Below are positions 36,582 to 50,202 of a stretch of 64,000 bases of DNA, piece after piece. Source of the stretch: Patellaria atrata CBS 101060 (lineage: Eukaryota); the NCBI GenBank assembly GCA_010093705.1, contig MU006100.1, positions 124,001 through 188,000 on the forward strand, in the 5' to 3' direction. The first letter of the stretch is position 1. Every line of letters begins with the position of its first letter. The translations under genes were made by a program, and so were the position numbers. The notes under the pieces are model-generated. The model saw only the letters and a list, made by a program, of their open reading frames with translations, was not told where the DNA came from and searched no databases.

Positions 36582-39500
36582 CTAAGCAGGATAGTCACAA
36601 GGTGCTTGATCAAATGTCTTTCTTGTATATTCGAATAGCGAGTAGTCAAAATAGAGTTTTAGAAGGGTTCAAAGGGTGTAGGTACATTGCGGGTCCAGCA
36701 TAGCCCTACCCGCTCACACTAGGGCTTCATTCATCTTGAGATGTGAGTACGAGTTAAACAGTTATCGTTTGCACAAACATTATAATCCGTGCCTCACCTT
36801 CCAGAACGCCAAGTTAACCTTCCAAACGGTGCCGCAATTCAGAAGGTCATTCCGACAATATGGAGCGGGATATTGTGTTGCTTTCCTGCATAGTTTGTAA
36901 AGGGGTCATTATGTAATAACCGCCGAAGGGACTAGAGAAAAGGGTTCTAAATGTTGATTCTACTGTTTAGGAGACATCGCGGTGGGTAGTGAGGTTCGTG
37001 TATGCACTATTCCTCGGATCAAAGTCAAATGCTTCCGGCCATATACTCCTAGCGTACAGCGTTTGGGAACGTAGATCCGTAATTCCAGCGACGAGACCCA
37101 CATCAGATCTGATAAATCCATATACTTACCCCAGAGAAAAACGAGTCTATCTGCGGTGAACGAAACTCTATTGCCGTGCCACAAATTCCCAATATCATCG
37201 CTGATATAGGTTGGTGAGCTGGTTCGTTGATGCGGGGTACATCTGTGCCAACTCAAGACTAATCTCTCACCGACTGACTGCGTAACACGAACATTTTTCA
37301 TATGCCAAGGGCGAGACTGCATCATGACATACCAGATCTAGAACTGTCTGCTCCTCTGGCGGGTATCACATGAGTTTGTATCAGGGACCTTATCGCGCAC
37401 CCTGAGAGTGCATCTTGCCAGCGCCGCAATATTGGACGCAAGATTGGTGTTCCTTGAGAGACCTGAGGGTCGCGAGTGACAGCACATGATAGTTTACTGT
37501 GGGGCACAGCGAGATAGGAAAGCTGCTGGTCGACGTTTCTGGAGAAACAGACGCAGGGTGCATAGTAGCGTTCGATATTTATGATGTTTTCAGGAGATAG
37601 CCAAAGCCTGAAGGATTCGATATCGTTAACTAAACATTTGGGAAATCGAATCAAAGTCCCATCCTGAAGCTCTTTCCTTGAATATGGTTATTTGGTGTTG
37701 TTTGGCGGCTTCCACTTGGGATTGATATATTGGTGCAAAGCGTGAAGGTGGCGTGCTTATGCTCAGATGCAGCATGGATGGGGTTTTCACTAGAGGCACA
37801 GGTATTATAACCATCTGGTCGAGGAAGAAAAGCCTATATTTGTTCATAAAATCCTGTATCCAGTGTATTTCGGAGTTTGACCATTCTGAGTAAGAGAGAC
37901 GAGAAGTAAACGAGAATGCATGTTCGACTCCAAACTTGAAAAAAAAAAATAGGACCGACTCAACCTTAGCGATGTGAAATAAGACGGTTGAACTAAAATG
38001 CTGACGGGGACGGAAGAGTAAAGTTATATGGAGGATCAACATTTGATGACTGGAATATAGATTTTTGTAGGAATCCTTAACCTTTTCTCGTTAGGGAAGG
38101 CCCTGAAGTAACTAAAGGTGTTCCGAGATCTTAAAGATGATCTTTCTGCTCGTCGTGCCTATCACCGCTCTATTAGAGTCCACGTTGTGGTGGATTTAAG
38201 GTTGTTAAGATATGGAAAGGAAGTGCCCTCTCCCGCCCCTGAGGACGTCAGATTTGAGATGACCCTGATTCGTACCTCGTTCTAGCGTACCCTCAATTTG
38301 GCCGGAATATGTGTTTTCTAGAATACAAAGAGTTCCGTTGTTGATCATCAGATAAATAGAAAAAGTTACTTCTCATCTCTTCAGTCACAGGGAAGAGACA
38401 GGAGATTGACGCAGGAAAGATTCAGGGTCCAGGAGCATCTTGCTCGAACCGGTATGTCGTCATCTATCTCAGAAAGATCTACCCACACATCTCTACTCTC
38501 CGGACTGAGAGATAATCAGTAGTAGAAGATTAGTAAAGTCTATTTCACGTTCAGCTTGTAGATCAGTGTATTCCTTCCGGATGCACCAGGGCGGGAGGGA
38601 AAGAGAGTGCATACGCGCTGCGGCAGATCATGGCATGATAGGCACATGCCTAAACACCAGAATATTTTTGCCTGCCGCTGCGCTGTAACATGTCGGGTCC
38701 TCGAATGCGATGAATTCGAGAGTTTGAGCCAAACAACTCACAGCCTTAATCCCAACATCGAAACGCAATGCAGAAGGTAAAGCAAAACAAGCAGAGCCAC
38801 AACATGTAGTCTATCGGGAGGTTAATGTCTAACGTTCTACACTCACAGCAACTGGTGAGGGTCGTTATCAGGCACCTCCACCGCCAAAAGGGTCTACCGA
38901 CCGCCCCCAAAGCCTCTCCCATTTGCGGTCCGCTCTCATCCCCACTCCGCGACTTCACGAACGATGGGAGGCTTGAGAGCTGCACCGGCGTCGATCTCGT
39001 CGCAAATCTCCAGCCCAGTTGTTCGTGAATCTCGGCCATCGTCCCCCGATGTAGAAGTCATCCCGAAAGCGTTGATTGACGTGCATCCACGTTTTCTGGG
39101 AGACGTCAAGGCATATTGGCCGAGAGAGCCCTTAGGGAATATTTGTCACAGAGCAACTAAAAGCTTGACTATAATGCAAGTTTGTTTCCTTCCCAAAGTC
39201 GTCGTCAATCATCGTTGTCTTCGCATGCAACCGCCCGATATAGCCAGAGGAAACCTTCATCTGAAACCACTTGGCCGGTGCGAAGAGGAATCGTCGAAGC
39301 GCCGGTGAGCATCCAAGGCTCGTATTCTCTGAGACAGTCCTTAAGCAATCGGGCAAACCTCTGCGTCAGGTAGAAGTTCAGCACATCAAGGTTTTGTCAA
39401 GATGGCGCAAGCTGGTTGCTGGTTATTAGTCAGAATTAACAGGCTAACTGCAGGCCAGTTCAGAAGGACTATCAGATTTTCAATCTTTCAAAAAGGCTGA

Positions 39501-40128
39501 AGTCAAAATTCGATACTGAAGATGCAAGTTGAAATAGTAGATGCAGCCGATGTAGGAATGAGGTTTCCCCAGATTATGGTAGACAAGAATCTTTCGGTTT
39601 AGAAGCTATTTCTCGCGGCAGTGTTCGTTACTCGACGCCACCTGCATGCCTTAGATACAGCCAAAATTGTGTTTTGGAGCAAAATCCTTGAAAGAACAAC
39701 TGCTTTCCCGCTCGTCGTGTGTGAATCGAGCTTGGTACGGTACAATAGTAGAGCGAAAGAAAAGTATGACGCCGAAAAAAAATAAGAAATCTAAACAACC
39801 GAGAAAGCATGATATGAACACACACCCTGGCCAATCGGGTAACTTGCGAAAATTAACAACTGCACTTTGAAAAGCAGCTTATGCAAGCTCAAGGCCCAAA
39901 AAATTCCAAAATACAGATGCATAGTGGCTCTCGTGAGAACCAAATAAAAGACTTTCAGATGACCGCCAATATTCCAGCCCGGATTTCTTGCTATTCCCTG
40001 TGCGAAACCAAAACGCGGGGAATACGGGTAACTTGTAGGCAATTGACGCTTCACTCCCAATCCGGTAAACACCTTTTAAACTCCTTGCCCAATACGTCAG
40101 ATCATCATACATAGGATTTTATACCCTC

Positions 40129-43100
40129 TCAACTGCTCTGTACTCTTTGATACAGCCTCGCCAGCCTGTTCTTGATCCCATCAACTAGCCGGATCGAGCT
40201 GTCGTCATCTTCTAGCACCTCCAGACAATGTCCTAGCATATCAGCCGGTGGCGCGTCCATTGGCATCACGCTGCCGTTTCTCCTCGACAGAACAGGAATG
40301 CCGTCCCTGTATCTTAGGTATCGAAGGATAGCTGTATCCTCTGGAAGGGATCTATCAATAGCGAATTTGGTACCATCTGGTATCGCTGAAATGCTCCCTG
40401 TCGACATGGGTGTGTTTGCCCCGGCGTTCGCGATTCCAGTTGCCCACAAGGTTAACGCTACTCGATAAATAGCGGCAGACCACCATAGCGGTTTATTGGC
40501 ATCCGGCATCTGGCGTACGAGTCTCAGTATCTGCCCACAGTGGAATCGAACTTGATGGCCTTCCTCGATCATAGGCAAACGAGCCCATGTGGTTTGTAGC
40601 CATTCTTCCTCCGTCATCTCGCGTCGGGCAAGACGTTCAATATCGGGGAAACTCGTCATCGTATTGAGGCTGATCAAGTGGTAAACGACTAGGTTCGCGC
40701 ATGTAACTGGATCGAAAGATGTCGCCTTTTGCATGGTTCGGCAGCAGAGTGCATACCATTGCTGCAATAGAGATTGCACCTCTTCCAGTTGAGTGACGAG
40801 GCGTCTTGCTTGGCGGTTTGTGCTGCTCTCGGCAAAGCAACTCAAACATTGATGTAAGTGGCATACAAGTGCTTGAAGCGGGTGCAATATCAGTCGTAGT
40901 TGCAAAGGTGTCAACTCTACTTGAGAGTCCAAAATCTCTCTGTTCATGAATCGACGAAATACCTCATAGAGTGACGGGGGGTTTTTGCGTGCACCAGCGT
41001 GGTATGGGCCATAGACTTGTTCTAGAGCGGTTGACCATTCATCAGCGGAGCGTGCTTGCCATAGGATATCAGCATCTGGCATTGCTGCATTCAGCTCGGT
41101 GATAGACAATCGCGGTGGTGTGTCATGGAAAAGACTTAATTCCTGGTCTACTGTAACCCATGAATATACTAGCCTTGAATTGATCAGTTAGTCGGGTTGT
41201 GTTATAATTTTACTCGAGCTGATACTTACCTGTTGACACTCTCAAAGTCCTTCCACGTCTTCCAAGCGATTTCTAAGCCAATCAACCCTTCAAACACAGG
41301 CAGTTCGACCTGCCGGTAGTTAAGAAGTCCAGATTGCTTGAGCATTGAAGTGTACATGCCACGTTGGCTAACTGCAATCTAAAGAACATTAGCCGAATAC
41401 TTAGGACGCGAGTTCTCGATCCTTACATCCATATGCCATTTGTCACCACTCCACGCCGCAAGGTTAGTAAAGAGAAGTGCGGATCGAAGAGTAATCAGAT
41501 CCCTCGAAAGGAGGACGTCTTTGTCGACGAAATTGAACAGAGAAAGTCGGCACGCTTCAGTGAGACCGCTGCTCAAATAGCGAGCCTCGGGGGTCGATGT
41601 GGCCATCGCGCCTTGAGCGATCATGAGGAGCAGTAACAGGCTCGGTGATTGCTTGTTGCTGGCCTCCATGAGCTCTGTTGCGCTGAAGGTTCCAGCGGTG
41701 ATCATTGGGTAGTACGGCTCAAAGCGGCACGTGTACGCTTTAAGGAAGTACTCCAAGATCTCTGGAGCTGGAAGGACGATGAAACCATCTTCTGCAAAGG
41801 ACGAGTTTCGAGTATGAGTCCTGGAAAAGTCCGAAGCTCCTAGATCGTGTGCATCCTGTGCCTTGTTCAGGATACTGTGCGTCATCATCATGAGACTTTC
41901 TCTAGCTCGTCCGCCAAACGGCTCAACAAGAACTTTTCCGTTATAAGCGTGTTCGATACTGGAGACGTCTACTTGTTGAGCCCAGTTACGCCATGCATCG
42001 TGGTTCTTCAAAGAGCTGTCCAAGCCTTCTAGATATATACGGCCGGTCTTGGGAATTAATGGTGTTTCTGAGGGAGGGTCTGATTGAAAACACGGCCAGC
42101 CATCTTGTACGGCAATTGCGGAATGCTGGTCAGGTGCTGAGTAACCACCAACAGTAGAAGAAGGAAGAGAGCGGGGAGCAGAGGGTGACTGAAGACCGCC
42201 GAACGGATAAGAGTAACCGGAAGTCGATTGTGAGGAGGATGGTGGGCGAGACATAGGTGGCGTCAAATCTGGAAATAGTCTGGTGGTGCTCATACAAGGT
42301 TCCTGTTCTGCCGATCGGAAGAGCATTTGAGAAGTAGCATCTGGTGGCATTAAAGGTGGGTAATCCGTGAAACCGAGGTCGAGGAGTTGCATTCCGTCAT
42401 TCATGTAGTATTGGCTCTCCATGGATGGGTCGGAGGTGGTAGGTGGCATTTGAAGGTACTGATCCATGGCTGACGGAATGAATTCAGGGGATTGTTGTAG
42501 AGATGCTTGGTCAAGGAATTGCGAGGGGGTGTTGCTCGTCATGAGGGGTGCGAGTGGCATCATTGGTAGACTTGGAGCATTCATGCTTAACGGGGAGCCT
42601 GTGCTGTGTGAAGAAATGGGGCTAGCAGAGGAAAATTGAGCGGAAGGGTTGAACATCATAGGTTCGCTAGTAGGAGGAAAGTTCGGGTGTCCATCTAAAC
42701 TCATGGGGTCGTGTTTCGTCATTGATGTGAAGCCGGACTCTCCGGCCTCACTCATATCACCTGTTAGGGAGGTCTGAGACCTGCGATTCGTGTTGTTGGA
42801 CAATTGACGCTTCGCCTGTCTGTATACTGCTTCCGACGACCTTCGTGTCGACCGCGATTCGCAGACCAGTCCTTTGCTGATACATCGGGAACAAGACGGG
42901 ATCTAGGAAATCGGACGTCAGATGAGAGTTCCCGAGGATATAGTCCCTGATAGCTCTGGGATAGACTAAGAGCACGTACCCCTTTGTCACATTTTGTCTT
43001 CGCTTTCGCACAGATAGTGCATGCTATCGGACGTCTTTGAGGTGCATTTGCTTCAAGTTCTGATGGAGAAGCTTCGTCTGCCTCTTTGTGTACTAGCTGA

Positions 43101-43398
43101 TAATGTCGTTGAAGCAAATCCCTAAAGAAGCATCAGGCTCGATGCCCTTGTTCAAATTTAGGTTTTCTGAAGGACATACCGTCTCTTGAAAGAGAAGTGA
43201 CATGTTGAACATTTGAAAGGTTTAACATTGGTGTCTATAGATGCCAGAGCTATTAGAATTTGGAGCTCTTCAAACAGTATATGGATATAGAGAGGGTTGC
43301 AGAATCGTAGGATATTCGGTGTACTTACGAGTGAGGACGTGCCGGTCGAGATGCTCAGCTCTTGAGAACTCTTGACCACAGTACGTACAGAAAACCAT
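40129..43398 (-). CDS. Cmr1/Pig1/Amr1-like transcription factor (2x C2H2 + Zn2Cys6 + fungal TF middle homology region); exons 43398-43329, 43234-43180, 43121-42980, 42902-41427, 41378-41230, 41173-40129
   Basis: Spliced N-terminus MVFCTYCGQEFSRAEHLDRHVLTHTNVKPFKCSTCHFSFKRRDLLQRHYQLVH; Zn2Cys6 ACTICAKAKTKCDKGIPSCSRCISKGLVC; LAAWSGDKWHMDIA block. All five introns are GT-AG and in frame. Orthologue versus paralogue of CMR1 is unresolved. Confidence 0.88.
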
Positions 43399-46300
43399 TT
43401 TCAAATAATTTTTCAAAGTAACTGAATATCTCAAGCATTGACCCCGGAGTGGAAGAGATGGGTTTATAAGAAATCACAGTCGGTAAGCCGTTCCCACAAA
43501 CGTGGGGATCATCAGTACTCTCTTGGAGCTGACGCTAAGACTGATACTCACTTGGGCCTTGCACTTCTTTCCCATCTCCACGCCTAAAATAAAAGCGTCT
43601 AGAGATGACCAGGATAAGATGGAAAGCCCGTTAGACGGTTAGAATGTTAGATACATGTAAGAACCCTTGCAGGGATGGCCTGTAATGCATGCTGACAACC
43701 CTCGAGCAGCAATCTGTAAGTGTCTCCCGTTTAGGATACGAAGGATTAGACCCTGATATACATTCTTTAGTTGATAACGAGACGCACTTTGGCGGGAACA
43801 CGCAGGCTGTTTCGACTGGGGTAATGTAACGTTTTCCGGAGCATGAGAAATACGGGTAATGTAATATGGTGCTGCTACCACCCATGCTTGATGAGTGATG
43901 ACGCTGAGGCGCATAATAGACTTAGCTGAGTCTAATGAACAAAAACCCAGTAACACAAAATAATAGAATTACAGTGTATAACCATACAGGTTTAGAGTAA
44001 TGATCACTCGAAGGGGTTGGGGTACCTCCCAGGGAGCTGTGAGACCGGAACAGCATAGGAACAGTGTTTTGTGGAGGATGGCTTCACCTTTCTCACTACA
44101 AGAGCAATGACAGCCGAAGTAAGAGGGCAGTGGCCGTAATATTGAACGATGAATATCTGGGATGCGTGTCGGTCTAATTCTTCGGTACAAGTCAGTGTCG
44201 TCCAATGATTACTGCTGGCAGCAACAGCTCCCTTCAGCTTGCTTACCAGCCGAAGAAACCTAAGCTTGTAAAGCGTGCGTACTTCCGGGTACCATGTTTT
44301 TGTTCGATACGTGAAAGCTGACGGGCCAAGTCAGTAATAAGGGTTTTAAGGGAAATACAGTCGTTAGGGAGGATTAGGATGAGAAAAGATAACGAGATGA
44401 GAGCACGGGACGAAGATGGCAGGCTGTCAGGATAACGCCCAGGCCAAACGCACGGTCCATTGTGCACAGTCTTAGTTTGAAGGATGTTCATGATGTTCTA
44501 GAGGTCGCACAAAGATCCCGCCCCCGGCAAGTGTTCGCGCTGCTCTTGCGCCTCTTCCGCACTCTTAGCTTAAGGTAATCAGCGTTTCGTCGGTTGCCAG
44601 AGAGATTCAGCAGATAGAGCTAATGCTTGTGGAAGGTAACTTCCTTTCCTCTGAAAACATAAGGCAAATCGGCCGAGGATAGCGACCAAGGGGACCTTCG
44701 TCTCTTGACGCTAGTTCTAGGTACAGTACCTTAGACCTGTGATACACTTCCTGGTCTCCTGGTCCGTACCTTTTCCTCCTCATGACTGGCCAAGAACAAA
44801 GTGTGGGAGAGATACACTAGGCACCGTCCTCATTTCATGCGAATGACGGGACTGGTTCCCTTGCTATCACCTTCACCAACTCTAGCAAGATCACCCACAC
44901 ACTCTCTCTCTCATTCCAGACGTTGACGAGAGAAGTAAATAGCGGCATGGAAACATGAGAAGAGAGCTAAAGACAAACATCCAGTCCTCCCTTGAATATC
45001 TTTGCACATGCGACTATCTCGGAACTGAGGCCATGTGTAATGTATGCACTTAGACGCTTAGTTTCTTTTGAAAAGGAGAAATTCGATTCGAAGTCATCTA
45101 GGGGTTTCATAGATTCCACCTCTTACGCACTATAGCCACGCTATGTAGATGATACTCAAGTTCGAGATTGGTATAACGACATCTTGACGCTGCGAGTAGT
45201 TGATATCCCGCAATCACCTACATATTAGATAAGGTAGTCTGGCGAGCTCTGCCCTTAGGCGCTCGGTACGGCCCGTAACCAGTTTAGCAGAATAAGGTGC
45301 GCGGGAGAGTGATCTATCAAACAAACCGCCTCTATAATTATGGCGTCTTCTCCGTAGAGTTTTAACGGACAAACTACAGAGATGATTTTCCGCCAAGCAT
45401 CAATTACTGTCTGGATACCTTGATGATCAGTCCCGCGATGAAGAAGTTCAACTAACCCCCAGTCCGAGCAACAGCCACATAAATGGATAGAGCGAGACTT
45501 TGAAAGTTTATCTTTCGCTATGGCAATGATAGTTCCAATTGACGGGCGTGAACTAGTGGCTTTTGAATATGCTAAACGTATGCAGCGGGAGCATCAAGCC
45601 CATTTCGGGACGAGCTTGCTTGTTCTAATTGTCCAAACAAACGTGGACGGCAATCTTGCCGTGATAGGAGTGTTTGACTTGTTGAGATTCAATTCACATC
45701 CCACGCAGGAAAGCAACAAGCCGCAATGCAGCTGCAGAACACGAATCCTCCCGTCTCGACTGAAGAGTCATTTGCCACTTCAGAACGTCTTGTATGATGT
45801 TCGTGATTTCGAGTGCTGAGACCAAGTTGATATTTGTTGTTACCACAGAGGACCAATGCCGACTTCCAGACACGGCAAAATTGATTCTGCGAATTTCCTC
45901 GCAACAAGTTTCCCAGAGAGAGTAGTGTCAGATTGCGAGCTTTGATCCGTAACGGGACGTGCGCGCGTTGGAAGGAATCGTAGCATCTTGAACGCCTGCG
46001 AGATGATCAACTGTAATGTGGAGTCTGGAGTACGCATGGAACAAGGACCACAATGCCATAGCCGTACCTTGTAGCCGCTGTGCCCGCGCCTGCTTGGCCT
46101 CAGGAAATGGGATGTGATACCTTGTCATTGTAAAGTCTTTGCTATGGTTCCTCTCTTCCCTCATTCGATCGGAAAAGACTGTTAAATCTCGTGTCTACAC
46201 GCAACTATCATAGTGCGTTACGAGAGAAAAATAATCAATAGAATACGGCCGGACGATATCCTCGGGTAGATCATTTGTCTTAGCTACAGTTACATTGTTA

Positions 46301-47135
46301 AGGTAGGAAAGTGTGGCATAATAGCGCTTGTCCTGCCGATGTAAGAATCTTCGCTCGCGGAAATCCAGCAGAAGTTGTCCAGTCTTACTCCTACTTCTGC
46401 CCATGCCGGTAACTAAAATGATGTCTACTAGAACTAGCCGTCTAGTAAGTGGGATAGAGCACGCGAAAGGCTTAAGGACCAAGCTCCATTCTGTATCAAG
46501 GAATTTTTGACGCGTCTAAATGTAATTTGCGAGGCATGGACTTTTGAAACAACATGGTGGTTCTTAGTTCACGACAGATCCAGAGAATTCCATCAACATT
46601 GCAGGAGATTATAGTGGCTCTTCGTAAAAAGGACCGTTTGGTACAGGGATTATCCGGAATTGACAGCATATCGACATTATTCTAGAAAATGTTGTTACGA
46701 ATGGATGTGAGTAGTTCTAGTTCTACGCGTTGAGGAGTCGTGCGAGTCGTGCGATGAAGAAACTTCGGCTCGCTCAATTCGCAAGGGAAGGTAAAAATCT
46801 CATCATCAGACGTCTTGCGACATTCCTTAATCGTAAATCTACATGAAAACTTAGCACAACAACACTACACTCTAATAACAAACTACTTTTTATCACCTAA
46901 TCCTATTTTATCATTATATACAGGAAACAAGTACCTTACAGGTCAATGCTCCTGACGCTCCCGCGCAGTGCTTAGAAGGACACCTTGACTAAGAATAGGA
47001 GCACCGCACACAGTGCCTCTTAACAAGCATTATCACTTTGCGCATCACTTTCATTGCTATTGAGTACGCTGTACCTATTAGGCTGACGCTGAATTCTTCA
47101 TAGCTCCCCGGCAGCGCTTTTTGGACCCATATGTC

Positions 47136-47962
47136 ATGGATTACGATGCTGCAAAATTGTTGAAGGTAGATACCACAGACCCTCGGTCGGTCCATACGAA
47201 CATAATTATCCTCAACCAGCCGATAAAGAGATTTGATATTTTGAAGAGAATATGGAACCATGCTAGATTCCGGTTGTGTGTGGATGGGGGCGCGAACAGA
47301 TTATATGACCTACTTACGGGTCCTCTGCATGAGCTCCGAGAAAGGTTTGTAGGTGGCTCACGGCATGAAATCACGAACTCAACCCACGAACTAAGTTCTC
47401 TTAGCTTCCTGATATTGTCTGCGGCGACCTTGATTCGTTAAGACATGACGTTAGGCAATACTATGAGCAAAGAGGTGTCAAGGTTCAACAAGATCCTGAT
47501 CAGTATAGCACCGATTTTGGCAAAGCTATGCAGAAAGTCTATTCCCTACCAAATGCTGGATCTCGCGAGACTATCATACTTGGCTCATTGGCCAATCGTG
47601 TGGACCAGGGATTGGGCCTTCTGCACGAGCTGCTCCGGGAACAAAAAAGAAACCCACATATCAAGCTTTGGCTCTTCTCAGAGACCAGCGTCTCCTTTAT
47701 TTTGACTCCAGGCTTCAGCGCTATTCATGCGTGCATGGCGGAGAAGATCTTCACAGAGAACGTGGGACTAATACCGATATACGGGCCCTGTACCATCACT
47801 ACCACGGGCTTGGAGTGGGATGTCCACGAATGGCCCACTAGTATGGGCACCCAAGTGAGTACGAGTAACCACGTTGTCAAGGATATTGTTACGGTCACGA
47901 CGGACAACGAGATTCTGTTCACCATTGAACTGCAGCCCAGCTTTCCCTTAAGTGGGAGGTGA
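47136..47962 (+). CDS. THI80: Thiamine pyrophosphokinase; intron 47349-47404
   Basis: IILNQP, CVDGGANRL, PDIVCGDLDS, QYSTDFGK, RVDQ, GLEWDV and VSTSNH motifs. Start codon tentative because an upstream acceptor at 47103 suggests a 5' intron. Confidence 0.92.
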
Positions 47963-50202
47963 TAAAGGTCTCAGGGCGCATTCTCGTGTAGCCTTTGAGC
48001 GACAACATCTAATAATATTCTCTCATCTACACCCATGCACCCACGTGTTGATCGGCTTGCGTCAATATACCCTGGTCCTTGGTTGTGAAACATAGCCCTG
48101 CATGGATCGACTTACTCCCCCAAGAGTAGCACCGTCACGACCGTCTACACTGCTCTTGCGTCTTATTAGTACAGTAATTGAATCTACAAGATAGTGTGCA
48201 GGATTCTTTCGTATTCGCAAAAACGACATTGAGGAAGTTTTTGACCGTATGTTTCAGTACTCCTCCAAGACTTTCATGTGTTTACGCGCTCTTTACTTTT
48301 AGTTTGCGGCCCATAACAGGCCGCACAAGAAATTCTGTTTCCAGCATACCAGGACTCCCCTTGCAGTATAGTACAGCCGCGCAACTTTTAGTATTCAGTT
48401 AGGGCTGAAGTTACCTGTTCCAAAAAAAAAAAAAAGTAATTCGGACCCTTGTTTACTCAAAGATTTACGGAAGTCCGGATACATACTCGAACAAGTGAGC
48501 GCTAAGTCCACCTTGCTGGTCTTCATTATTAAAGTGGATGGTGCGCTCAAAGCCGGCTATCTTTCCTTTTTCAATAAGGTCGTTGACTGTGTTCAAGCTT
48601 AATCCCCAAGCATCACCTCAGCAAAGACAAATCGGAGAATTCATCATTGTTTCTTGTCGATCTATATGCGAATCAATGCATAAGGCACCAGTAGTCATTT
48701 ACAAAGAGTCCTGGAACTAAAATCGGGGCTGAGCCCATGTTTCGATTCACCTCTGTCCGAATTCAGCCTTTACCAACAGTCAATCGTTTCAGACGTCCCA
48801 TTGACCGATGAATCAGATACGCGAGAATATCACATTTTGTCATCCTTCAGAGTTCAAAGCTCCGAGTAGCACTATTAGCTGATTCGATTAGAGGCAAACC
48901 GCAGCCGTTATCCATGTACTTTCGCATATACTAGCCAAATCCGGTAGCGAGTAAGAGGCCGGCCTGTTCTTTTTCAGATACGCTTCGACTGGTTTCTGTA
49001 CCATCTGCGCAACTCATCGATCAATCTGCTAATATCTGAAAGGACGTTCATTTCTAACCTGCTGTCAAATGTTAAGAAGATATATCATATCGAGTCCATT
49101 TTCTGTTTCAAGTCTCCCATTCACATCATTACTTGTTATCATTCGGACAAGAATAAAGCCGGCGGAACTAAAAATTATACCCCATCAACTTTGGTTTATC
49201 CCTCGTTCCTCTAGATTATAACATTCCCTTCACTTTAGTATCCGGAGAACCTTTTAAGAGTGATGGATCTCTCAGGTATCATTTTTAGCGGTCGAAACAA
49301 CTCAGTTAAGAATCCCATCATGAAAATACTGGTTCATGGCGTTTTTACACTCCCTTCGGGCTACCTTACTCTAATACCACCCATGAGCAACACTATATCC
49401 ATCATAAAGCATAAGATATTTTCATTATGCATATAGAAGCAGGCGGGGAAGTTTTCATCTGCTGTTCTGGTTGAAAAAAATATTCACCGAATAATATAGT
49501 CGTACCTTGGCGAGCATCAAATTTACCGACGATCATCAGCTGAACCGTCTTCGCCTTCGGCGCGCTCAGGAGATCTGTCCCGGTCTTGACCTTTCGTGTT
49601 TCGACAGATCACCTGGGTATCATGAGTAAACGCCGGAATGGACAGCTTTCCATCTCGTCTACGCAGCCGCGACATGAATACCTTGGAAACTGCTGATATA
49701 GTACTTGAGATCAGCCATGTTCTAATCTAAAAGAAAGATCGATCATAACTTCTTTATCTGCTGTAAATGATACGGGCATACTATCTAGTGCGCAACCATT
49801 TCTAAGAGATGTTGCTACGCTGCCAAACCAAACCATATATCACCACAAGCATCCGTGACAAGAAACATACCCACCTCCAAACACGTTTACCAGACACCCT
49901 AACAACTGTGTGCTCGCGTATATCTAGGAGCTCTATATTACCTAACTTAGGAAATGGTCAAGTGGTCAATATCCTTCTTTGGAAAGATTCAACCGATGTT
50001 CAGGATATACTGTGATCCGTCAGATGCTAATCCTTTCTTACGTAGAGGGGGCCCCGGAAAAGCTCAAGATGATACCCGAGAGCAATAAATACGCAATTAG
50101 CACTTCGGTTACAGTGTGATATCATTGCACACCGTGATGGAGTATCGGTTATTCAGGAGCCATGTAGCTATGCTCCGTATTCGGTAGGGTTGAATCCAGG
50201 AA

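Noticed and set aside
46800..47135. TPP riboswitch in the 5' intron of thiamine pyrophosphokinase
   Set aside because: A branch/acceptor is present (GCTGAC...TAG 47103), but the aptamer hallmarks (CTGAGA, ATACC...GAACTTGA...TAAT...GCG) are not found.
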